50,444 nt of DNA from Saprolegnia diclina VS20 (taxonomy: Eukaryota): contig NW_008246161.1 in assembly GCF_000281045.1 (NCBI RefSeq), forward strand, positions 85,511 to 135,954, written 5' to 3'. Position numbers and translations under genes: made by a program. Shown piece by piece: positions 34,762-45,328 of the stretch; the first letter of the stretch is position 1; each line of letters begins with the position of its first letter. Under the pieces are notes generated by a model, which saw only the letters and a list, made by a program, of their open reading frames with translations, was not told the DNA's origin and did no database searches.

Positions 34762-36598
34762 ATGACTAGCACCGAGGTACCCTAGGAGCCGCATAGAAGT
34801 TTGACAATATTTCCACGGGAAGGACTCTAACGATATAGACGTTAAACTGTAGACGCAATACACGACAGCATTGTTGCTACGTGCCGTCGCCAGTGGCGAT
34901 ACCGACGACGTCAGTCGCCTCTTGGACAAAGGCGCCGACATTACAGCACACTTTCCCGTACCAGCTTCCTACCGATATTGGGTTGATGAATGCATGGACA
35001 TAGGACGGCCTCGACCTTCTCGCAATGGCCGTGCGCCATGGCCACGACCAACTCGCTCGCGTGCTTCACGATCGCATGTACCCGTCGGTAGCGTCGGTAC
35101 GAGTTTTCTACACGATTTGTGGCGTCGCATTGGGGAATAGGTTGCGGCAACGGACGTGCGCTTTGAAGGTCTCGATCGCCTTGATTCAGGAAGATTCTAC
35201 GAAGTGCAAAAAGGCGTCTACAACGACGCACCCGTTGCAGTCAAGCAGCCTCATCACTTCAGCCCACGCAGTTCGCGAACGCTGCGCGAGGATGCCCAAC
35301 TCCAAAAGACGTGCGATCGCCCTATTTCCTCGCTCGTGATCCTACAAACTAACCATTCATGCGATAGGATTCGGTCGCCGTACGTACTACCGCTGCTCGC
35401 CACCGTCGACCTCGACTCCAAGAAGCCACAACTGATCACGGAGTTCATGGACCAAGGCAACGTTTTGGATTACCTTCGCAAGAAGCGAGAGGGCGAGCAT
35501 GTGGCCGTGGAAGTCACGACCGTGCAAGTGGCGTGGGTGATCGCCAACGCACTCCAAGACCTCCATCGCCAAAGCATCATTCACCGCAATGTCGAGAGCC
35601 GAAAAGTACTTCTCTCCACCACGCATGGCGTCAAGTTCAGCGGGTTTACCTATGCGCGAACGGTCGTTGGGCTCAAGACTGCTAACGTCGGTACGATGCT
35701 GTCGATGGCACCCGAAGTCCTCCGTCGCGACTACGAAGAGGAAGCGGCGTCTGCCGACATTTACTCGTTCGGCGTTGTGCTCACCGAGCTCGACAAGGGC
35801 AACGCGCCATACGCCAACTCTGGTGATTTTTCCTTTGAGATGGCGAGGCGCGTGGGTGACGGAAGCCTTCGCCCGACAATGAGCCCGAACTGCGTGCCAT
35901 GGCTGCGCGAGCTCGCGGACCGCTGCTTGGCGGCTGACCCAGCGGAGCGCCCGACGGCATCGGACATTGTGGCGATTTTGGCGCAACACCTCGACGCCAC
36001 AGATACATGTATCAACGTCCCACCAGCTCCGTCTCAGCAACTCCTGTACAGCGGACCGAAAAGCAGTTTTCAACCCACCGTATGCATCCCGAGTCTTCTT
36101 GCACTGATGCCACTCTCTGGATGTAGATGGAGACGACGCCAACGTTGATCAAATATGTCCAAAGCTCAGCCAGCCAACTGTACGCCATCACTGCCACGGT
36201 GCCACCGTTGCTCCACCTACAAAAGACTAAATTCGTCGTAGGCGCGTCTCTGCGACGCTGTTCGTTGTGGCCTCGTAGATGACGTCATCGCACTGCTCAG
36301 CGACGGCGCGGATCCCAATGGCTGCGACTCCCTTGTACGACTCGTCTTATTCGTCTATATAGCAACATTCCAGCTTAGTTTTTTCGGGGGCCACTCGACT
36401 GGGCGAGTCTGCGAGGCGACGTGAACATCGTCAAGCACCTTGTGAAGGCCGGCGCCAATGGTCGCGTTACCGATTCGGTACGCAACGAAGGCAACTATGT
36501 CTCCTCTCATGTGCTTCTAGTCCACGACCACGCCACTTGTCATGGATGACCATCCAAGTGCGACCTCAGTCCTCCAAGGTGCAAGCTCCATGCTTTAA
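34762..36598 (+). CDS. Ankyrin-pseudokinase-ankyrin protein G
   Basis: Exon 1 MTSTE follows TCATTTTCCAATT, then two ankyrin exons. The kinase fold (35141-36000) keeps VAVK, APE and DIYSFG but has HRNVESRK, KFSGF and a degenerate Gly loop; intron 35311-35367. Further ankyrin exons lie at about 36242-36334 and 36379-36477, with TAA 36598. Confidence 0.75.
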
Positions 36599-37244
36599 TC
36601 CGAGCCATGTGGTTCAAGTCAAAGCTCTGCTACGCCACCTCCAAGTCTAGGCTAGGCTAACTTCAGTTTAGCCATTGTTAAGTTGCCTCGGAGCAAGTGG
36701 TTATTTTCCGGTAAATATAAAGTTACACAGCACTCCCATGGGCCCTTTTCTTGTCAACGTGACCGACCCATCGCTCGCAGTCTTGGCCTGCAGCACCGTT
36801 TCGTCCGTTGAAAGCACAAGAAGACCGAGACGACGAACGCATTTGCGCAATGCAGTCGCCAAGAAGCGAGATTGACGTGGTCGTCAACGGACCAGCAATC
36901 GACGTAGAAGCGTTCTTTGTGGACCGTTGCTTCGAGATGAACGAACAAGTCGGAGTTTATCGCGCCTTCTCACTCGATTGAAACTCGGATGTTATTACAA
37001 TACGGCGCTGTATGCTGTGTGCTGGTTGGCCTCTTGCACGAGCAGATCCGGTCCATGTTGCTAATAGCCTTCCTACAACGTGCCACGTCATCCATGTGGT
37101 CGGCGTTTCAAGGCATAGATTCGTGGGCATGGAGACGGGTGACAGTTGTTCAATCGAGTAGGGTTAGGGAAATCCAAACAGCACCATTTGAAACGAAAAG
37201 AATATGACATTTTTCATACAGCATAACTAAATACGGACAATGCT

Positions 37245-39563
37245 CTACATCGTCTTGACCGAAGTCGTGTTGCCAAGACCGGCGATCGCGACTTGGTCGA
37301 CGACCGAGAGGTAGCTCGCCACGTACGCCGGGCGAAAGTGGTCGTTGTCGCGCATGAGCGGCTCGCCGACGTTCGAAACGACGTTGCAGTCGTCCTTCCA
37401 GCACTGGTTGTCGGTGTAGTCGATGATGGTGCCGTTCACGGCCTTGACCGCACCTTCGACCATCGCAATGAGGTCGGCGTGCGCGGCCTTGTACGCCGAC
37501 TTGCTCACGGGCGACACCGCACCGACGCTGTTGCCATTGAGCATGTTGGCAAAGTTGAACGCCGGGCCTTCCGGGTTCAACGTCGCCACAAACACCTTGA
37601 TACCAAGGGCGGTGAAAGCAGCGAGCTCGCTCTGGAAGGTCGCAATGAGCTGCTTGGCGTCCTTGGGGCTCTGGTTGGTGCACGCGTCGACGTAGCCGGC
37701 GGTGCAGCACTGCGGCGAAGTACCGTGGTCGGCCGCACCGGCGTTCGGGCGAATCCACTGCGGCCAGTCGGTCGCGTAAAAGACTGCCTTGGGCTTGACC
37801 TGCTTGATCATGTCGACGACGTCGGCGTGCCCCGGGGTGCACGCGAGCGGCGGCGTGCCGTTCCGCGTCTTGAACACAATGGTGGGAAATGGCGCCGACT
37901 TGGTGACGGCTTGGTGGTAGAGGTACGAGAAGCGCGGCTTGAGCATATGCCCGTGCGAGTCGCCAAAGACGATCACGAGGTTGTCCTTCTGGCCCATGTT
38001 CAAAATCATATTCTCCGATGTCGGAATATACGGCGACCCGGCATCGACCGTGTGAAACTCTGGCCCGTCCGGCTGGTAGTCGCCCTTGGCTGCGAGAATC
38101 TTGGCGACCGTCGGCGACTCGTACATGGGCGGCTTGCTCATGTTGGGCACTTCTGCCGCCGACCCGTTGGTGTGCGTCGCAACCGGCGTCAGAATCGGAC
38201 CCGATGAGATCGGCTTGGGCTGCGACAGCACCGAGAACGTCGTCGGATAGTGCGTCATGCACAGACCGAGCGCCAAGAGGATGACCATGCAGAGCGAGAG
38301 ACCTGGCACGACAAGCTTGTGCTTGCGGCGTCGCAGCAGGTTCTCGACGCCATACAAGGTAAGCACACTCGCAGCGACCGAGTAGACGATCATCATGTAC
38401 GGCGACTGATACCACGGGCGCAGCGCGTCATTGGGAAAGCGAGCCTTGGCGTACACAAGCAGCGGCCAGTGCCAGAGATACAGCGCGTAGCTAATGTGCC
38501 CGATAAAGACCGCCGGGCGCAGCGAGAGCGTCCACTTGTGCAGCAGCGTGTCAGGGCCCGAGAGGATCAAGAGCGCGGCGCCGACGGTCGGGAGGAGCGA
38601 CCACCACCCAGGAAAGGCCATCGATTCGTCAATGCACACAAAGCCGACGATGATGAGGGCAAAGCCGACGGCGCAGACTGCGGTTGCACCGAGCGGCGAG
38701 ACTGACGAGAGGCGGGGCACGGACGGGTCCAAGCTCATGTAGGCGAGGAGACCGCCCATGGCCATTTGCCAGAAGCGGCAAAAAGGAAAGTAAAACGACC
38801 AGTTGTTGTTGCCGTCGTAGCCGAGCAGCGAGATGTTGAGCGCAAAACTCGCAACCAAGATGAGGACTTGGCCGGCGACCGCGGCCTTGGCCGGGAGCTT
38901 GGCCAGCAACGCGACCACGAACGGCCAAAAGATGTAGAATTGCTCTTCGACACCGAGCGACCAGAGGTGCAAGAGCGGGTCTTCTTTGACGCTCGATGAA
39001 AAGTACGTTTGCTTGAGGAAGAGCACTTGAATGTTGGCGCCAAAGACGGCGCCGGCCGTGAGCGTCTTGGCCATGCTCACAAGCGCGTCCTCCAGGTACC
39101 AGAAGCACCCGGCGACGATCGTGAACGTGAGCACGAGGATCAAACCTGGGAAGATGCGCCGGATACGCCGGCTGTAAAAGTTGGCGTACGTAAACTTGCC
39201 TTGGCGCGTCTCCTTGAAGAGGATGCCCGAGATGAGGTACCCGGAAATGACAAAGAAGATGTCGACACCGATAAAGCCGCCCGGAATGCTCGTGGGATAC
39301 GCGTGGAAGACGACGACCGGGATCACAGCGAGCGCGCGGAGACCGTCAATGTCGGGCCGGTACGAGAGCGAGTGGGCCGGCGCCGGCGCCGCCGGTGGCG
39401 ACCCGTCAACGACCACCGTGACCATGCTCTGGATGTCGTCGCGGGGCGTCTCGACCTCGTAGTGGTCGGACGCAACCGGGCTACGACCGTGGCGATCGTC
39501 GTCGTCGTTGTCGTGCAGGTGGCGCATCGGCGTCGGTGGCGCCGTCGGTGGTGGATAGGCCAT
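37245..39563 (-). CDS. Acyltransferase-3 + SGNH domain O-acyltransferase (OafA/OatA-like), intronless
   Basis: YRPDIDGLRALAV, GGFIGVDIFFVISGYLI, FYSRRIRRIFP, HLWSLGVEEQFY, multiple TM helices, SGNH GDSH and DNDH. Start inferred at MAYPPP (39563). Confidence 0.9.
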   Translation of the reverse strand: MAYPPPTAPPTPMRHLHDNDDDDRHGRSPVASDHYEVETPRDDIQSMVTVVVDGSPPAAPAPAHSLSYRPDIDGLRALAVIPVVVFHAYPTSIPGGFIGVDIFFVISGYLISGILFKETRQGKFTYANFYSRRIRRIFPGLILVLTFTIVAGCFWYLEDALVSMAKTLTAGAVFGANIQVLFLKQTYFSSSVKEDPLLHLWSLGVEEQFYIFWPFVVALLAKLPAKAAVAGQVLILVASFALNISLLGYDGNNNWSFYFPFCRFWQMAMGGLLAYMSLDPSVPRLSSVSPLGATAVCAVGFALIIVGFVCIDESMAFPGWWSLLPTVGAALLILSGPDTLLHKWTLSLRPAVFIGHISYALYLWHWPLLVYAKARFPNDALRPWYQSPYMMIVYSVAASVLTLYGVENLLRRRKHKLVVPGLSLCMVILLALGLCMTHYPTTFSVLSQPKPISSGPILTPVATHTNGSAAEVPNMSKPPMYESPTVAKILAAKGDYQPDGPEFHTVDAGSPYIPTSENMILNMGQKDNLVIVFGDSHGHMLKPRFSYLYHQAVTKSAPFPTIVFKTRNGTPPLACTPGHADVVDMIKQVKPKAVFYATDWPQWIRPNAGAADHGTSPQCCTAGYVDACTNQSPKDAKQLIATFQSELAAFTALGIKVFVATLNPEGPAFNFANMLNGNSVGAVSPVSKSAYKAAHADLIAMVEGAVKAVNGTIIDYTDNQCWKDDCNVVSNVGEPLMRDNDHFRPAYVASYLSVVDQVAIAGLGNTTSVKTM

Positions 39564-41703
39564 CTGTGTGGTCGGCGGCAAATGTGAGAATGAGCCCAAC
39601 GCTCCGCGCCGCCGCCGCACGGTGCCATTCCCACCTGCCCGGCTGACCGCCTGTCGCGCGACAAAAGATTTGGTTGGCGGTTTCAAACGGCTGCTGACCA
39701 CAAGCCGTGCAGACCGGTTGATGCAACCATACCGCTCGCAAGTTACACTACAGACGACGGCGTAAGGGCGAGCCAGGTTGCGTTGACACTTGAGACTTGT
39801 GGAGGGCGTGTTGTTGCTATCAAAGTTACGTGGACGTCGTGGTCGTCCGACCTGTCGCCACTTCGCACGGTAGCACCCAACGGATGGTTGCTGGGATCGG
39901 TCGCCGCGAAATTTTGAGCCGATCATCGGCGCCAACGACATCGCTCTCGTGTACAGTGTATTGCGGTATTTACGGTACCCGAGAAGGCGCGCCGACCACC
40001 ATCGAACACACGGAACGTTGTGACGACAGCTAGCCCACGGACGCCTATCAGGCAGTATAAAGCTGCATCTTTGGCCCAGCACCGCCGCTACAAAGAAGGA
40101 ATCTGGCTCGCAAAGGGAAGTTGACGGGAGAGACAACCATCAAGTACTGGTCCCATCGAGGTGTGCGTCGGTTTTTGCGAGCGACCCAGGTTGGATTGAG
40201 CGGTAGAGAAGGTCGGTCGCTTGTCTCTATCACGGAATCCGCATTCGGTTGCTGGTCGCCGGATCGAACCGTGCGACGAACCAGCGTCCATTCCGCCCCC
40301 CGAGGTTGGAATATCGTCGTACGCGCGAAATCTTCCAGAAAAATGGGTGATATTAGACCCGGAACCCATCGAGCAGCGCATGTCGCAGCTCCCTTCTAAT
40401 ACCGGTTACCGGTATGGTACGAATACGGGAGAAGCACAGCTTGCTTCACGTGTGTCGCGCTCTCGCAAGCAAGCGCAGAAATCAACACATCTCGAGGTGA
40501 CCGGCTGATTATGTCGAGGACCCGAGCCACCCGCACACCAGGTTTGTAGGCGTCGGATTTTAAATTCTGTGACTAGAAAAACGCCTCTTATTCACGGAAG
40601 CAAATTTTGGAACGTCGCTGCAAAAGGGAAAAAACCTGGTCGTGCAAGGATTTAAGATTCAAATGATGTAAGGAGCGGTTCATAACTACGGACAAGCACG
40701 ACGTTGAGGGTATCGCGAACACTGGCAGGCCCAAGCTACGACGACTCGGTCGCCAGAGAGACGCTAAGATCGCGTCGTCTTGTTCTTCTTTGCATTTTGC
40801 ATTCGGAAAGGACGTGTGCGAACGGCCGTGCCCCTTGGAAGGAATGAAGAAAGGTACTCGTTGAGGGTCCTAGCTCGAACATGCCCTGCTCGCAATATCT
40901 TCACCTTCAACGTGAGGCCGTCAAGTCCGCTCGACGTTGTCGGATCAATCCACAGCATATTTGATCCTACAGCGTAGTTGGATAGTTTAATCGTCGTCCA
41001 CCAAGGACGTACCGTGGTACAACGTAGTACAACATCTGCTAAATTGTACCAGCGCCCCATAAACCATCAACCCTCGCAGACTTGATCCTGGATGCACTGA
41101 CGTAGCATCTCGTTCTGCTGTGGTGTAGAAGACACGACGGCTCGAATCTTTGGCGTCCGATCCGAAGGAGCGTGATTACGACCATCTCGTCCAGAGCCGT
41201 CGCATCGCATACGAGCGCGGTGTCAACAAACTTAACCCTCCAAGTGATCGAACTCACTACACAACAGATCATCGCAACCAAGCCTGCGGTTCAGCATGCA
41301 GGGACCTTGTCGACCGATTCTGGCCTGCTGATAGCTCCTCCCACCAGCGCCTTCAATCAACGTGAAAGGCGACCGAATAATCCACCGACGTTCGCGAGAC
41401 TTCGATCACCTAATTCATCGGCCCGGCGTTGGACGATGAATCTTCCGAACCCAAGTTAGAGCGCCTACCTCGGTCTGGTATCAATTTTACGGTATCAAGT
41501 ACCCGACTTATATTGGTCAACCCGACCTGCAGCACGCCGGATGCTCCTCGTCTTCCATCACCCGGAACGACACGAGTTCGAATCGGTCCATGCCGATAAT
41601 GAGTCAGTGTACGGGAGGAGCTGTATTGCAGAATACACGATTCAAACGACTCGTTTCTTATGGTTTGAAGAAGACCTCTGGCGCTTATTCTGGCTCTGTA
41701 CAG

Positions 41704-44700
41704 CTACTTGTCGGTCGCCGCTTCGTCGTCGGCGGCCTTGTCCTTGTGCTCGATCGGCGCGCAGAGAATGTCCATAATCTCGTCAATGCCATAGCCATCC
41801 ATGTTGGCCTGCACGCACAGCCAGTACGCGCGCGCGAGCTGCTGCCGAACATACTTGAACCTACTCGAAACCAATTCGTCAACAATCCGAAAATCCATAC
41901 AAATTCAAACTAAAAAATCAACATAAAGCGTACCGCGCGCCCTTGACGACGTGGGCCACGTCATAGTCGAGCTCAAACGGATCTTCAATCGCGAGACGGT
42001 GGTGCTGCTTCCACTGCGGCTTCTCGGCCTTGAGCAGCGTCCTATGTCACGTGTTCATTCAATAATGATCAACAATCGAGCATGTCCCACCGGCCCATGC
42101 GCACCGAGACCACGTGATGCGCATAGTCAAAGCCCACGTCGCCATAGTACTTAAAAAACCCTACGCCCAAAAATATCAATCTTTCAATTCCAACGCGCGA
42201 GCAAGAACGACGCACCGAGGAGGAGCGACCCGACGCTCGAGCGGTTCCACGCGCCAAACGAGCGCAGCGCGTGCCAGTGCTCGTCGTGGACCGGGTCGAA
42301 AAAGTAGGTTTCTACGGGATTTGAAGTCGCGATACTTGTCGGTTTCGTCATTTGTCGTACCCGCGTCGCCAAAGGCCACGTGGGGCAGGCGCGGGCCGTC
42401 AGCTTGGTCGCGGCTCTTGAGCATGCAGGGGCGGTAGGGACACGTCGCGCTCGGGTCCGTCGTGGTCTCTGTCTCGTCGCGATAACAGCGGCACCAGATT
42501 TCCCCTACATTGTGTCCAATATTCACAAGCGAATTTTCGGGGTAGAATCTACCTTGCCACTGGGGCGGCAGCGTCTGCAGCACGGGTAGCACGGGCGGAC
42601 TCGTGCGCTAGAGTATCGAGATAAGCGCAACTATAGAAGGTAATAGATCGATGCTACCTGGAGATAATGGATGAGCAAGAGGAGGTAGCCGTACGAGCTC
42701 AACGTGCCTTGCGCTGCGTTATTCATTTCGCGCGTCTTGACCCAATACTTGACAAAGTAGGCCAGAATACGCACGCGCGGATCTAATAGCGACAGGGTAT
42801 ATAACTTTGTCTTCTACAAAATAGACAATATGTGTACCGGCAAGGGCATACGTCCGCAGCAGCCGCGTGTTGCGCAGCGCCAGGGCATTTTCCACTAGCG
42901 CAGCAGTAAGAAGGCTTATACAAGCAACCTAGCAAACACACACCGCAAATGTCGCAGTCGATACCCGACGTCGCATCCTTGAACATGACGATCGGGATGC
43001 GCGCCGTGAGACGTCCCGTATCTAGTCCATTATGTTCCTATCAACTATATACACAATATGGGCTGTACCAATGTCGGTGAAGAGCTCCGGGTCGAGCTTC
43101 TCGACCAACGCCTTGAGCATCTCTTGCTTTTGAATCGGCGAAAGCTCAACGCCGGTCGGAAGCACCTGCATTATCCCACTTAGCATCCAACAAGGTATCA
43201 GTGTATCAAGTACCAGGCACATGTCCATGTCGCTGTCTTTTGTGCCAAAAAAGTTGTTGGACGACCCAAACACATCCAGACCCACCTAGTAACATGGTTC
43301 GTTCATCAAGATTGTGCACTAAGAGCTTACCCGGTGGCCTTGAAAGCTCAGCGCGCTCACAACGCCGCTCACGCGCTCGAAAATCGATTGACGCACCGCG
43401 GTAAACTCGGCCACGTTCGGGATCAGCGCCTCGCTCTTGGCATGCTAGTATCAAATTATCAACACCCAGCTTTGAGTCGACTGCAGTACCAAGTACGTCG
43501 AGAGTGCGTGCTCAAATCCCGGTGCCCACGGCGCGACGCTGTCTACGTCCATGCCATGTCACCCCGCAAGAGTCATAAACGGTAAGTGTACCGCGAAGGG
43601 GTAGGCCCAAATGGGCTTGCCAGTACTCTTGCTTGGCGTCGACCGTCTCGAAATACCGGTCGCTCACCTGAAGCAACGGTAAATCTCATGAAAATGCCGC
43701 AAAACAATCATTACCCCGCAATAGAGGCGCGACTGGTACATGGCAACGAGCTTTTGCACCGACGGAACAAGGCTTTCCCACACGTAGCCTACATACAGTG
43801 TATCAGCACCACCACATACAGTGTTTGCAGTCGACGGTTGGTCTCGGTCACATGCAGGAGCGTGCGAATCGCGCCGTGCCACCCGTCCAGCGACTCTTCG
43901 TTCTCCATGTCCCACCTACAATGTGTTATAACACCAACTACAACGAGGAAACTGGTACGTTTGAACTTCAAAGACGAGGCTGAGGAGGTGCTCCATGTGC
44001 ATCCCAAAGAGGCTGGCTTGGCTCGGAAACGCCGTCGGCAGCACTTCGACCACCTAAATTGCACCGTCAGAGACAAAGAGAACCGAGATAGCGCCTACAC
44101 GCAGCAGCCCAAGGACAGCCGAGACGATCAAGCCCACGTCCTGCGCCTCAGCGGCGGCTTCGATGCGATGGCCGAGCGTCTCGAGCGCTTCGTTCCAGTA
44201 CCTACATGCATGGGTCGGTCATTGGTACAGGGATCGAGGCTGTCTTTGGACGCACTTTTCATCGACGAGCACCTTGAGCGGACCGCTCGACGCAAAGATG
44301 ATGTCGGGACCTGCATCTTCGTTGAACGCGCGAAACTCAAACTCGCCAATGGTCTTGGGCGCCTTGACCTGGAGGCGCGTCGTGACCTGCGCAGCGTAGA
44401 TGACATTGTCGCATCATCACGATGTAAAGGAGGTACCAGCGGGAGGCGCTTGCGCAAATCAAACTGCAGCGAGCGAAGGAAAATCGGGCGATTCTGGTTG
44501 GCGTGGCCGGCGCGGAAGAGGCCCATGACCAGCGAGAGCTCCTTCTCAACGAGCTGCGCCGGAAGCGTCACGGCGACGCGGATCGACTGGTTTGGCGTCG
44601 TCGTCGGCTGCACGACAATGCCCACCTCGAGCTTCATCGGCGGCTCGTGGTGCGGCTAGACCATAGAGGACATCGTCACGTGCGCGTGCATCGAGGCGTG

Positions 44701-44860
44701 GCCTACCGCGGGGCGCCCATGGCCGAGATGCATCCCTGCCATCGCATGGTCCAAGCTAGAGGTAGAGGCCATGAGGCTTATGCAAGGAAGCCGCGTAGTA
44801 CTTGAAGTTGAAGCCCGGCGGCGGCGGGCCGCCCGTCGTCGTCGGTCGGTGTTGCCGCAT
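41704..44860 (-). CDS. Cid1/TUTase-like non-canonical poly(A)/(U) RNA nucleotidyltransferase (multi-exon; 5' exons above 43560 tentative)
   Basis: VFGSSNNFFGTKDSDMDMC, RIPIVMF...DCDIC, NTRLLRTYA, LAYFVKYW, GTLSSYGYLLLLIHYLQ, GFFKYYG, LAIEDPFE. Plausible spliced 5' exons extend to ATG 44860, preceded by TCATTTCC. Confidence 0.8.
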
Positions 44861-45328
44861 TTTTCGAGGAAATGACCAAACATCTCAAACTCGATGGTCG
44901 GCGCCCATCGAATCTGACAGGTTACGACGACGCCCATTTTATGATTCAATACGTTGTTTGGAGGGAATGGTCCGGCTAACTCACGGTTACGGTTAGTCCA
45001 GCCGGTTTTTCAACCGCGTGGCAGCAGTTTGGCTCGTCATTTCGATAGCTTAGTTTTGATCAGCCACTTGTGAGTCGAAACTTCTTTATCCACAATTAAG
45101 ATGCGGCCATGATGTCCGATATGATTTAGTTGGCCGACGCTTCAAGGACCACCAAGTCGGCGCCAATGATCGCACCGACGTCGGTGTATGAGCAGATGCA
45201 GCGTGAAGGGATGCGTCTTCCGTGTTGAGCACCCAATACATTGATGGCTCTCTCGCAAATATCTGCGCTGTGTTAAAACGCACGGTGAACTACAGTGTAT
45301 AGCACCGACGTCCCGAGTTCCGATCATC

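Noticed and set aside
35141..36010. MLKL or ZED1 orthology
   Set aside because: There is no four-helix bundle; sequence and intron position tie it to the neighbouring kinases.
39564..40136. N-terminal 190 aa of the 963-aa ORF
   Set aside because: It has a non-ATG start and Arg-rich non-protein-like sequence; the likely start is MAYPPP at 39563.
40200..41600. Short ORFs between the acyltransferase and the nucleotidyltransferase
   Set aside because: No motifs, terminal repeats or consistent exon structure seen.
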